Origin: a virus
Lineage: Duplodnaviria; Heunggongvirae; Uroviricota; Caudoviricetes
DNA length: 64,000 nt
Strand: one strand, 5' to 3'
IMG/VR virus record: IMGVR_UViG_3300046477_000062
Span: 54,548-118,547 of that record
How positions within the stretch are numbered: the stretch's first letter is position 1; every line of letters starts with the position of its first letter. The notes below the pieces were generated by a model that did no database searches, was not told where the DNA came from, and saw only the letters and a list, made by a program, of their open reading frames with translations. The position numbers were made by a program, and so were the translations under genes. This document shows, piece by piece, positions 28,212 to 36,891 of this stretch.

Positions 28212-28741
28212 GCCGCTGGTGTAGCACGCTTCAGAACGTCATCCTTGTGTCCTTCATATTTGACGGGCACATGATGATTGTTTAGGACCACGGTCATACC
28301 GTTGGCTGTATAGCCGTGGTATCCGTGGTCCAGTACTGCACGTTCGAAGTCATTGTGTTCTTCTTCGCCGTTGTATTTGTGAGTTTCCGCAGTCTTGCGA
28401 ATCGCTGCACGTTCGTCTGGATGTGCCTTCGCATGATCATAAATCCCATGCAATGTTGCGCTATGCACATGCATCCCCAGACCGCCTTCATGCACAGGCG
28501 GTAACGCACCGTGTTCTTGTCGGTCATGGTTATAGAAGTAGACCCGAGACTTGATCCGGTCGTCCTTCGTCCATTGCAGACGCTTCCCTTCCGCACCTTT
28601 AATCCCCGTCCCCGAATATCGACCGTCCAGATGGTCAAGTCCCGGCTTGTTCGAGTAATGAATGCCGTGGACAGTCACGCCCTTCGTCGGCGCAGCTTCC
28701 TCGCGTTCGGCAAGGAACGATCTAAAAGTTTTCATTGACAT
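28211..28741 (-). CDS. histidine-rich hypothetical protein
   Basis: The only internal − strand gene; a CTAAATA box lies 21 nt upstream on the − strand. Confidence 0.45.
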
Positions 28742-28764
28742 ATCCCCAATGTTGTTGGTATTAT
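28735..28764 (+). promoter_or_regulatory. sigma70-like promoter (TTGACA-N18-TATTAT)
   Basis: Its -35 overlaps the start codon of the divergent − strand gene. Confidence 0.45.
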
Positions 28765-28768
28765 TTAG
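28762..28768 (-). promoter_or_regulatory. CTAAATA late-promoter box (− strand)
   Basis: Complement of TATTTAG; upstream of the − strand ATG at 28741. Confidence 0.35.
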
Positions 28769-28796
28769 GTTCAATACAACACCGGGAGAGACGCCC

Positions 28797-29090
28797 ATGA
28801 AGCAATTTCTGATTTCATCATCCGGCAATGACCGGATCGGCAAGACTGACACCTTCGCGACTGTCACCGAAAACGAGGCACCGAAGGGTTCCGTCACGCT
28901 GGCTATCTCGACGGTCTACAGCAAGGCCCGCGATCCGAACCATCATCTGGTGCGCAACACGATCCACTTCGCAAGCAAGGTCGAACTGGCGAACTACGCA
29001 CGGTTCCTGCTAGACGCCGCTGATGCATGGCATCCGATCAAGCCGCTGGACGAACTTTTGGCCGACGAAATCCAGTTCAAGTTGAAGTAG
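28797..29090 (+). CDS. hypothetical protein
   Basis: SD GGGAGAG. Confidence 0.4.
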   Translation: MKQFLISSSGNDRIGKTDTFATVTENEAPKGSVTLAISTVYSKARDPNHHLVRNTIHFASKVELANYARFLLDAADAWHPIKPLDELLADEIQFKLK

Positions 29091-29139
29091 TTCGTTAAGT
29101 GTGTTAGAAAACAGACTCCCCATTAGAAAGGAAGAAGTC

Positions 29140-29349
29140 ATGGCAATCATCACGGTGGACGACCTGATCGACGCACTTTCCAAGTTCGACGGTTCAAAGA
29201 TCATCAAGGTGCAGGATCGGGAAATTCCCGTCATTGGGTTGAACATCACACGCGTGACCGAAGATGTCTTCGTCGGCAAAGAAGGCCCGGATGTGGACAT
29301 CGTTCTGATCAACGTTCAACTCGATCTGGACGAAAGCCAAGGTCGATAA
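29140..29349 (+). CDS. hypothetical protein
   Basis: SD AGGAAG. Confidence 0.35.
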   Translation: MAIITVDDLIDALSKFDGSKIIKVQDREIPVIGLNITRVTEDVFVGKEGPDVDIVLINVQLDLDESQGR

Positions 29350-29356
29350 AACAACA

Positions 29357-29380
29357 GCCGCGATCAGAGATGGTCGCGGC
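29357..29380 (+). terminator. hairpin with the same loop as the 20709 terminator, no U-run
   Basis: GCCGCGA-tcagagatgg-TCGCGGC. Confidence 0.3.
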
Positions 29381-29404
29381 ATACAAAACTAGAAGGACAA
29401 GAAA

Positions 29405-30067
29405 ATGAAAAAGGGCGAGATGCTTTCGAAGATGTTGCTTCTGGTCACGCAACGCTTCGACGGGAAGTTCGACAAGGCCGGGAACCCCTACGTGCTTCAT
29501 CTGCTGAAGGTGATGCACTATTGCAAGACTGACGACGAAGAACTTCAGTGCATCGCATTGGGTCACGATCTGGTCGAAGACACGCCGACGACCTATGCGG
29601 AACTGAACGAATTTGGCTTCACGGCGCGCATCATCCAAGGCATCAAGAACATGACCAAGGTTCCGGGTGAGACGGAACGGGACTATCTGGACCGCCTGAT
29701 GTCGGCCAAGGACTCGATCATCGTCAAGCTGGCTGACCTTCGCCACAATAGCGACATCCGCCGCCTGAAGGGTTTGGCAGAGAAGGACTTCGCGAGGATG
29801 CAGAAGTACCATCGCATGTATCTGATCCTGACGGAAGCCCTTGCGAACTTCACAGAACCGGTCGCCGGTCCCATCGTTTTCATGCCGGTTGATGGCGGCA
29901 CCGATGTGTTTGACCTCGATGATTGGGAAGGGTCGTGTCGTGTTGGTGCGATCACCGCGTCCGATGGTTGCGGCTACTGGATGAAGGGAGCCAAGCTGGA
30001 ATCGGACATCGACTGTTTCACCGCAAGGCCCGAGTGGGCCACTCACGTTGCGTGGTACAACAAATAA
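29405..30067 (+). CDS. HD-domain protein resembling a SpoT/Mesh1-type small alarmone ((p)ppGpp) hydrolase
   Basis: HLLKV ... ALGHDLVEDT (HD...ED motif as in the SpoT hydrolase domain). Confidence 0.45.
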   Translation: MKKGEMLSKMLLLVTQRFDGKFDKAGNPYVLHLLKVMHYCKTDDEELQCIALGHDLVEDTPTTYAELNEFGFTARIIQGIKNMTKVPGETERDYLDRLMSAKDSIIVKLADLRHNSDIRRLKGLAEKDFARMQKYHRMYLILTEALANFTEPVAGPIVFMPVDGGTDVFDLDDWEGSCRVGAITASDGCGYWMKGAKLESDIDCFTARPEWATHVAWYNK

Positions 30068-30070
30068 ACG

Positions 30071-30098
30071 TTGACAAGAATTCCCAGACCTGTATAAT
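30071..30098 (+). promoter_or_regulatory. sigma70-like early promoter (TTGACA-N16-TATAAT), canonical cassette
   Basis: AGAATTCCCAGACCTG spacer; leader CCTTTTCATCGACAACACGAACGGGAG. Confidence 0.65.
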
Positions 30099-30133
30099 CC
30101 TTTTCATCGACAACACGAACGGGAGTAAACAAC

Positions 30134-30493
30134 ATGGGACTGATCGTAGAAGTTTATCGCGGCGCACGCGGACATGACTGCACCAACCACGGTATCTCGT
30201 CGCGGTATGATGAACTCTGTCTGGTGAACGTGGACGGACCTTCGGAACCAAGTCGAGAAGGTCCGGTCGCACCGGCATGGTTGGATTCACACTATCCGGG
30301 TTGCGTGCGTATCATCCCGGCCATCAAGAAGGATGGCGTCTGGGTTCCGTACCCCGAAAGCCCGATGTACGGCGGTAATGTGGCATGTACGTCCGACAGC
30401 CGGTTCTCGGAAGCCGTCGAAAAGCTTCTGGGTCACAACTGGTACGGCGCGGTCAAGATTCACGACCGCTTCGAGACGGCCCAAGAACTATGA
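30134..30493 (+). CDS. hypothetical protein
   Basis: ORF. Confidence 0.4.
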   Translation: MGLIVEVYRGARGHDCTNHGISSRYDELCLVNVDGPSEPSREGPVAPAWLDSHYPGCVRIIPAIKKDGVWVPYPESPMYGGNVACTSDSRFSEAVEKLLGHNWYGAVKIHDRFETAQEL

Positions 30494-30507
30494 ACTGAAG
30501 AAAGTAG

Positions 30508-30536
30508 TTGACACGATTTCCCACGTTTGGTAAGAT
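30508..30536 (+). promoter_or_regulatory. sigma70-like early promoter (TTGACA-N17-TAAGAT)
   Basis: Spacer TTCCCACGTTTGG; CCCAAACGTGGG palindrome in the leader. Confidence 0.6.
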
Positions 30537-30580
30537 TCTTTCTGTCCCAAACGTGGGACGAACTGATAGGAGATTAGCAC

Positions 30581-30892
30581 ATGGGTCACAGCATCAAGCC
30601 GAAGTACGCACTGGAAGTCTACGAAACCCGCATGGTTGACGGTAAGCCGCGCAGCGTGCTGGCCTTCGAAGGCGCAACGTGGGACACCAAGCGTCACGGC
30701 CACGCGAATCCGAAGAACCTCGAAAAGTACGCGCTGGCTTACGGCAAGTCGCTGGAAAAGGGCGGCTCGAACTTCCACATCACGGAAGCCAAGGGCTACG
30801 TCTCGTATCCGAATCGCGCAGTGATCCGCTTCAATCACGCCCACGGCGCAACCGTGGCTACTTGGCAAGCACCCGCCTTCATGGTGTGGTAA
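30581..30892 (+). CDS. hypothetical protein
   Basis: ORF. Confidence 0.4.
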   Translation: MGHSIKPKYALEVYETRMVDGKPRSVLAFEGATWDTKRHGHANPKNLEKYALAYGKSLEKGGSNFHITEAKGYVSYPNRAVIRFNHAHGATVATWQAPAFMVW

Positions 30893-30904
30893 CAGGAGAA
30901 GAAC

Positions 30905-31141
30905 ATGAACAAAGCAAAACTGATCGAAGACCTGAAGAAAATCCGCAAGGATGCCACGATGCAGACGGCGAACTTCAGCCAATTGCCGACCGGTGAAGTC
31001 TTTACGTATCCGACATACGAAACAGAAGTGACGGCGTTCATCGAAGAACGCACGCGTCTCTGGAGAGATACGTGGATCGTCGGGATGCTCGATGAAGTCA
31101 TCAACGATCTGGAACGCGGCACGGCCCGCTATCAGGACTAA
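30905..31141 (+). CDS. hypothetical protein
   Basis: ORF. Confidence 0.35.
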   Translation: MNKAKLIEDLKKIRKDATMQTANFSQLPTGEVFTYPTYETEVTAFIEERTRLWRDTWIVGMLDEVINDLERGTARYQD

Positions 31142-31143
31142 AC

Positions 31144-31395
31144 ATGCCAGTACGTTCAATCGGTCCTCATGAAGAACTCCCGGTCGGAACCAAGGTTCGG
31201 GTCGGCAACAAATTCGGCACGGTCATCAGCGCGTCCGTCAAACCGGCGCATCCACGCGGAACCATCGTGGTTCATGAGATTAGCTTCACGGAAGCCGTTC
31301 TACGCGGGGTCGGGCGCATTCGCTCCAAACCCAAGGCATTAACGAAGCCTTACACATCCTTCGTCAACTACTCGTTCATTCACGTCCTCGAATAA
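31144..31395 (+). CDS. hypothetical protein
   Basis: ORF. Confidence 0.35.
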   Translation: MPVRSIGPHEELPVGTKVRVGNKFGTVISASVKPAHPRGTIVVHEISFTEAVLRGVGRIRSKPKALTKPYTSFVNYSFIHVLE

Positions 31396-31400
31396 CCAAG

Positions 31401-31592
31401 ATGTTAATAAGAATCGCACTGCTGTTCGCCGCGTTTGCGGGCGGTATGTATGTCTTCCTGTCGTGCTTCGGAAAGATCGACAGGAAGTATTGGGGAACCT
31501 TCTTTCGGGTTGTGATGAAGGTTCTCGTTTGTCTCATGTTCGGCGCGGCGGCAGTCGCCTCGCTTGGAATCGTTTCGCAACTTACCAATTGA
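31401..31592 (+). CDS. small membrane protein (two TM helices)
   Basis: Hydrophobic 63 aa. Confidence 0.3.
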   Translation: MLIRIALLFAAFAGGMYVFLSCFGKIDRKYWGTFFRVVMKVLVCLMFGAAAVASLGIVSQLTN

Positions 31593-31606
31593 TAAGGTAA
31601 AACAAT

Positions 31607-32404
31607 ATGAAATTTCTGAAAGTCCTGCTGGTTTCCTTCGTAGTCCTGATGATGGCCGCATGTGGCCGCATCGACACCGGTCACTCTGGCGTTCGCACAA
31701 GCTGGAACAAGATGGTCCAGACACAAGTCGTCTCGCCGGGATTCTACGTCGCAGTCACGGACGATGTGACGCAGTACGTCACGAACGAAATCACGTTCAA
31801 GCTGGAAAACGAGAAGCCACAGACCGCCGATAAGTCGTATCTGAAAGACCTCGACGCAACCTATACGTGGCAAGTCACGTCAAACGATCTTCCGACACTG
31901 GTGACGCGATTCAAGAATCGAACCTTGGTTCAAGGCGATGACCGCTACCCGATGGGAATTTACGTCGATGCCGTGATGCAACGTAGCTTGGCACAGGCCG
32001 TCAGCGAAGTCGATGCACTCGATGCAAACCAGAAGCGCACCCAGATCGAGAACAATACGATCAAGTTTGCGACCGAGAAATTCAAAGAAGAAGGACTGGA
32101 CAAAGACATCCGCATCAATCAGGTGATGATCAAGAACATCGAGATTGATCCGCGTCTTCAGGAATCGATCCTTCGCAACGTGACTGCACAGAAGGACAAC
32201 CAGACCAAAGACATCGAGATTTCGACCGCCGACAAAGAAGCGAAGCGTATGGCGAAGCTGGCCGAAAACGGTTCGAATGCGAACTACATCGCCCTGTTGA
32301 ATGCGCAGTCGAACATGAAGATCGCGGAAGGCATCGCGAACGGTCGGGTCAACACCATCGTCGTTCCGGCTGACTTCAAAGGCATCGTGAACACGGCGAA
32401 GTAA
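31607..32404 (+). CDS. SPFH/band-7 (prohibitin-like) domain lipoprotein
   Basis: Signal peptide with lipobox MMAAC; SPFH-like core. Confidence 0.45.
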   Translation: MKFLKVLLVSFVVLMMAACGRIDTGHSGVRTSWNKMVQTQVVSPGFYVAVTDDVTQYVTNEITFKLENEKPQTADKSYLKDLDATYTWQVTSNDLPTLVTRFKNRTLVQGDDRYPMGIYVDAVMQRSLAQAVSEVDALDANQKRTQIENNTIKFATEKFKEEGLDKDIRINQVMIKNIEIDPRLQESILRNVTAQKDNQTKDIEISTADKEAKRMAKLAENGSNANYIALLNAQSNMKIAEGIANGRVNTIVVPADFKGIVNTAK

Positions 32405-32652
32405 TGGCAACGGTTGACGACATCCTGTATGGCGATGACAACCTGTACAAACTGAAGAAAGTCGAAGCTTCAGTTGTTGTCGCTGAGAAGATCGAGCAAA
32501 TGCAACGCCTGTATCAAGAAGTTATGGTACTGGCCGACGAACACGAACTGTATGTCAATGTGACGCTTGAACATCCTGAAGGTATGCGTCTCGGACACAA
32601 CTGCAACCATCACGCAGATGTTGCATGGAACCCGTCTTCGAAGCGTTGCTAA
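32404..32652 (+). CDS. hypothetical protein
   Basis: ORF. Confidence 0.35.
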   Translation: MATVDDILYGDDNLYKLKKVEASVVVAEKIEQMQRLYQEVMVLADEHELYVNVTLEHPEGMRLGHNCNHHADVAWNPSSKRC

Positions 32653-32671
32653 TTCCCAAGTTTGTTTCTGC

Positions 32672-32700
32672 TTGACATGACTCCCGAGTGCGCGTATGAT
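32672..32700 (+). promoter_or_regulatory. sigma70-like early promoter (TTGACA-N17-TATGAT)
   Basis: Spacer CTCCCGAGTGCGCG; a second copy of TTCCCAAGTTTG lies 20 nt upstream. Confidence 0.6.
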
Positions 32701-32733
32701 TCATCTCATACCAACGCAACGGGAGTTTTTCAC

Positions 32734-33117
32734 ATGAAAAAGATCATCGACGTTCGCACCGAATCGAATCTGTACTCCGCTGGTCGTGACGAAGACGGAG
32801 AGGAAATCTACGGCGAATCGTTCAAGGTTGTGGTTGAGTTCGAAGGCGGCGAAGCCTACTGTCACGAACAAGCTTTCCCGACCGTCAAGTTGGAAGCTGT
32901 GTGGTGCGACGACATCAACGAGATGGTTCTGGGAAACGCCATCAACCCGGAAGAACAGAAGGCCAAGGCCGAACGTCTGTGCGCGAGAGTACTACGCCAC
33001 GTCGAAGCTGGTGGTAAGATTGACATGGACCACTGGACCTTCTACCGCACGGTTTACGGGACGCAAGCATACCTCGATGAAGTGGCCGCGATGACGCCGG
33101 AACAACGAGCACAATAA
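32734..33117 (+). CDS. hypothetical protein
   Basis: Leader ACGGGAG. Confidence 0.4.
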   Translation: MKKIIDVRTESNLYSAGRDEDGEEIYGESFKVVVEFEGGEAYCHEQAFPTVKLEAVWCDDINEMVLGNAINPEEQKAKAERLCARVLRHVEAGGKIDMDHWTFYRTVYGTQAYLDEVAAMTPEQRAQ

Positions 33118-33154
33118 TTAAGTTTACCTTTCAAACACGCTACGGGAGATTCAA

Positions 33155-33352
33155 ATGTCACACAAAATCACGATCACCATCGAGACGGGGAACGCAGCTT
33201 TCGACGGAGATGACGAAGTAACCGAAGTTCGGCGCATCCTTGAAGAAGTTGCACTTCGCATCGAGCGAACTGGCGTATCCAATGCGGACGGCCAAGCACT
33301 GGTCGATCTGAACGGCAACACGGTTGGCGTCATCAAGGTGGAGACTCAATGA
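33155..33352 (+). CDS. hypothetical protein
   Basis: Leader ACGGGAGATTCAA. Confidence 0.35.
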   Translation: MSHKITITIETGNAAFDGDDEVTEVRRILEEVALRIERTGVSNADGQALVDLNGNTVGVIKVETQ

Positions 33353-33600
33353 CCACGTTCCGCGAATGGGGCGAGCAAGTCAAGGCCATTATCCCGTCAC
33401 TGGTCCAAGTGGCCTCGGATAATGGCCTTTTCTTCAATGGAGACGCCGCAGAACGGCTTCTCGATGATGGCGAGTACCTAACCGTCTATACGATGCTTCA
33501 GGCCGTCTGTGAAGGCTTGGCATCGATCCCTGTGGCGATGACTGACCACGAATCCCTATGTTCCATCCTAGTGCAGTATCCGCATGAAGAACAGCACTAG
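33349..33600 (+). CDS. hypothetical protein
   Basis: ORF. Confidence 0.35.
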   Translation: MTTFREWGEQVKAIIPSLVQVASDNGLFFNGDAAERLLDDGEYLTVYTMLQAVCEGLASIPVAMTDHESLCSILVQYPHEEQH

Positions 33601-33817
33601 GAACCGGATCAACCAACAGTTCTTCCAGACCAAGGTCGAAGCTGGCCTCTATGAGTACCGTGGCTTCGAAATCTGGAAGGACGCTTTCCGTGCCGTCTGG
33701 GTCATCAACGGACCCAAGGGCGGTGCATTCCACTACCTCAACGAAGCCAAGAAGCACATTGACTGGATCATCAAGTATCCGTCCAAGAAGCCGATTGTAA
33801 AACCAGAACCAGAATGA
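33584..33817 (+). CDS. hypothetical protein
   Basis: ORF. Confidence 0.3.
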   Translation: MKNSTRNRINQQFFQTKVEAGLYEYRGFEIWKDAFRAVWVINGPKGGAFHYLNEAKKHIDWIIKYPSKKPIVKPEPE

Positions 33818-34191
33818 CCGATAAGACCAAACTAGGATACGTCACTTTCCCCGCCGCATACGTCTTCGAACACGCCCTCGACGCCAAGATCAAGCTTCTC
33901 GACACCCGCGAGAAGAAGCGTCTGGAATTCATCGAGAACATCAAACAGAAGCCTACCAAGCGCCTTTTCTGGCCGGGTAAGGCGCTGACCGATGACGAAG
34001 CCATCGACTTCATCAAGGGCGAACTGTGGCTGTCCCATGAGTACTTCTACCTCACCCCGGAATGGCAGTCCGACCGGCTGATCGCGCTGGACAGACTGAT
34101 CGACGTGTCGTGCCGCATGATTCAACGCTCGCCCGATCAAGAAAACACAGACATGACATTGACCATCGAAGCCGCGAACATGATCCTCTGA
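33814..34191 (+). CDS. hypothetical protein
   Basis: ORF. Confidence 0.35.
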   Translation: MTDKTKLGYVTFPAAYVFEHALDAKIKLLDTREKKRLEFIENIKQKPTKRLFWPGKALTDDEAIDFIKGELWLSHEYFYLTPEWQSDRLIALDRLIDVSCRMIQRSPDQENTDMTLTIEAANMIL

Positions 34192-34221
34192 AAATCAATC
34201 GCAAATTTGTTTCGAAATGTG

Positions 34222-34249
34222 TTGACAACCACTCCCAGACCTGTATAAT
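34222..34249 (+). promoter_or_regulatory. sigma70-like early promoter (TTGACA-N16-TATAAT)
   Basis: Spacer ACCACTCCCAGACCTG. Confidence 0.6.
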
Positions 34250-34324
34250 CTGTCTCACGGTGAACGACAAAACAAACCAAGTCTGATCCGAAACAAACAA
34301 CAACTCTGATAAGGAATCTACACC

Positions 34325-34855
34325 ATGAAAAAGATCGCACTCGCATTCATTTCCGTCCTCGCAATCTCGACGGCAGCTTTCGCACACGACACCAACGTCG
34401 GTCAATCGGGCAGCGTCGCCGGTCAACTGAATGTCGGCGCACAGACCTCGCAGTACAGCGGCAACATCAACGGGTCGGCAACGTCCATCTCGAACGGCAA
34501 CGCAGTCACGGCGGCGCAAGTCGGCGGTCAGGGTCAGTCGATCCAGTCGGCCTTCAACAACACTGGCGGCACGTCCACGGTCGGCGGTTCGATCAACGCT
34601 GGTGGTGCAACGGTCGGTTCGGGTACGACGCAGTATTCGAACAGCACCGTGACCGGCAACGTGTCGGGCAACGCTCCCACGATGGACGGCAACAGCATCG
34701 CCAACGGCGGCGCAGCGTTCGGTAACACGACCACGACCGCGAATGTCGGTGCGAACTTCGGTTCGAATGTGCAAGGTGGAACCCTCGGCATCAACGGTTC
34801 GGCTGGTTTCCAAGCGGTCGGCAGCATCGGCGGCGCACACGGCTTCGGGCAGTAA
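34325..34855 (+). CDS. secreted Gly/Asn/Ser/Thr-rich repeat protein (curlin-like low complexity)
   Basis: Signal peptide MKKIALAFISVLAISTAAFA; G/N/S/T-rich repeats. Confidence 0.45.
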   Translation: MKKIALAFISVLAISTAAFAHDTNVGQSGSVAGQLNVGAQTSQYSGNINGSATSISNGNAVTAAQVGGQGQSIQSAFNNTGGTSTVGGSINAGGATVGSGTTQYSNSTVTGNVSGNAPTMDGNSIANGGAAFGNTTTTANVGANFGSNVQGGTLGINGSAGFQAVGSIGGAHGFGQ

Positions 34856-34955
34856 TAGCCTGAGAGGGGTCTAGCCGCAACCCTGATGCGGTTAGGACTG
34901 CTGTTTTTAACAACGATAGGCCGTCCGCAGTGAGTAGTACCTACATGAAGTGAAA

Positions 34956-34990
34956 CGAGACGGGAACCGTTCGGGGTAACGGTTCCCGTC
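34956..34990 (+). other. perfect 14-bp stem hairpin in the intergenic region
   Basis: AGACGGGAACCGTT-cggggt-AACGGTTCCCGTCT. Confidence 0.5.
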
Positions 34991-35014
34991 TCAACATCCG
35001 GGAGTAATACAACA

Positions 35015-35620
35015 ATGAAGAAAATCGTACTTGCTGGCATTCTTGCACTCGCATCCATCGTCGCACAGGCACAAACGGTTGACGCATCGGCAACGACCAC
35101 AACCAACACCGCATCCACTTCGGGCGCACTGAATCAGGGTGTCTCGCTTCAGAACACGTTCAACAGCCCGGACAAGGTGGACTACGCCGGTTCCTATACG
35201 GTCAAGTCGGCTCCGTCGATTCAAGCTGCATCGGGATACGGTTCGTTCTCCCAACAAAACTGTATGGTGTCCGGTTCGGCTGGCATCTCCATCGTGGGAT
35301 TCGGCGCAACGGGTCAGACGCCTATCGATGGCGCACGATGCGATCTGCGCGTCGATCAACAGAACATGGCATCGACCGCGATCACGATTCATAACTTCGT
35401 CGCCACAAATCCCAAGGTTGCGGACAACCTGAAGATGTCGCTGGACGAGAAAGCCGCCGCCTTGCTTCAGGCTGCTGGTGATATGTCCTGTCTCGCTTCG
35501 GATCGTCAGCGTGCAGTGATGGAGAAGAAGGGGCTGTGTAAGGAAGTTGGCGACATCGCCACGCTGGATCACCGCTTCGGTCAGCCCCGCTCGACCCAGA
35601 TCGACTACAGCAACGAATAG
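35015..35620 (+). CDS. secreted protein (signal peptide, Cys pairs)
   Basis: Signal peptide MKKIVLAGILALASIVAQA. Confidence 0.45.
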   Translation: MKKIVLAGILALASIVAQAQTVDASATTTTNTASTSGALNQGVSLQNTFNSPDKVDYAGSYTVKSAPSIQAASGYGSFSQQNCMVSGSAGISIVGFGATGQTPIDGARCDLRVDQQNMASTAITIHNFVATNPKVADNLKMSLDEKAAALLQAAGDMSCLASDRQRAVMEKKGLCKEVGDIATLDHRFGQPRSTQIDYSNE

Positions 35621-35649
35621 TTGACACGTATTCCCAGACTTGTTATAAT
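35621..35649 (+). promoter_or_regulatory. sigma70-like early promoter (TTGACA-N17-TATAAT)
   Basis: Spacer CGTATTCCCAGACTTGT. Confidence 0.6.
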
Positions 35650-35677
35650 TCGGTTCTAAGATCAAGAAGGGGAAGAA

Positions 35678-35830
35678 ATGAAGAAGAACAAGATGAAGTG
35701 GAAGGGGAACAAGATCGTGATCGAGCTTGAACCCCTGAAGCCCCGCATCGGAGTGATCTTCTCCAAAGTGGTAAGCAACAAAAAGTTGAAGAAACACAAG
35801 ATCAAACACAAGAACAAGGTTGCAGATTGA
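35678..35830 (+). CDS. small very basic (Lys-rich) protein
   Basis: 50 aa; SD AAGGGGAAG. Confidence 0.3.
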   Translation: MKKNKMKWKGNKIVIELEPLKPRIGVIFSKVVSNKKLKKHKIKHKNKVAD

Positions 35831-36201
35831 AGCCTTTAATCCACGCAAAAATTTCGGTGAAGACCTATGGCGGAAAAGTCGAAGACTATTTGGAGATTCA
35901 TAATTTTATTGATTCTTCTAAGTCTGCTCACCCAGACATCCGCCATCGCGCAATTCTCCATTCAGCTTTTGGATGCTTTGTCGTTGAGCGCGTATTCGGG
36001 ACGTATATAACGAACTCGGATGGCAAGGATGTATCGGTTCGCGACATCGCAGAAGAACACATCATTCAAGACCTCGGCTTCCTTCCCACGATGGAACAAT
36101 ACCTAAACAACATGACGATTCAGCCGTGGATGTCGGGTAGTCAGAAGCGAAACGAGAACGTAGCAAAGAACGTATTCATCCCTCTACACGACGCAGATTA
36201 A
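35827..36201 (+). CDS. hypothetical protein (TTG start on the ORF track)
   Basis: ORF. Confidence 0.3.
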   Translation: MKPLIHAKISVKTYGGKVEDYLEIHNFIDSSKSAHPDIRHRAILHSAFGCFVVERVFGTYITNSDGKDVSVRDIAEEHIIQDLGFLPTMEQYLNNMTIQPWMSGSQKRNENVAKNVFIPLHDAD

Positions 36202-36224
36202 CAAGAAGAAAGAAGAACAAATAA

Positions 36225-36692
36225 ATGACGCAGAAACAACATATCGAAGTCCTGATCGAAGAATTCAAGAAGTCGCAAGAAGAATTCAAGGCAAAGGCAA
36301 TGGCCTCGTTGAAGAAGCTGTTTGCCGACACGTTCGAAGCATTCCCAGAAACGAAGTTCATTTCGTGGACCCAATTCGCGCCTTACTTCAATGATGGCGA
36401 CGAATGCATCTTCCGCGTTCATCCAATCACGGCATCGAACGCCAACCCAGAAGATGTTCGCTACGGCGAATACATCGGTGATGAAGACACGGACGAATCG
36501 TTCTGGGTCTATGACGCCGACTACGGTTCGTATGACGTGCCTTCAAACGAAGCGGAAGATGCATTCGATAGTCTGAGCAACCTGATCCAGTCGGACGAAC
36601 TGGAAGACATCCTGCGTTCCACCTTCGGCAATCACGTTCGCGTCATCGCAACCCGCGAAGGCTTCACGACTGAATCCTACGATCACGACTAA
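36225..36692 (+). CDS. acidic hypothetical protein
   Basis: ORF. Confidence 0.4.
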   Translation: MTQKQHIEVLIEEFKKSQEEFKAKAMASLKKLFADTFEAFPETKFISWTQFAPYFNDGDECIFRVHPITASNANPEDVRYGEYIGDEDTDESFWVYDADYGSYDVPSNEAEDAFDSLSNLIQSDELEDILRSTFGNHVRVIATREGFTTESYDHD

Positions 36693-36699
36693 GAAGATC

Positions 36700-36885
36700 A
36701 TGAGCAAGACTAAGCTGGTAGTCATCGACACCAAGACGTGTGTGGCCCGTTCGTATCATGGCAATCATCCATGTGGCGTCGCGAATCTTCCAGACCCGGA
36801 AGATGGTGAATTCTCGGCGGTACAGATCATCCGCGAACTGAACGATTTCCGCATGGCTGCTGATGCAGAAAAATATCCAAAGTGA
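36700..36885 (+). CDS. hypothetical protein
   Basis: ORF. Confidence 0.3.
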   Translation: MSKTKLVVIDTKTCVARSYHGNHPCGVANLPDPEDGEFSAVQIIRELNDFRMAADAEKYPK

Positions 36886-36891
36886 GGAAGC

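Noticed and set aside
34052-34840. 262-aa − strand ORF
   Set aside because: Antisense to the Gly/Asn-rich secreted protein gene; the repetitive GC-rich sequence yields long open shadow frames
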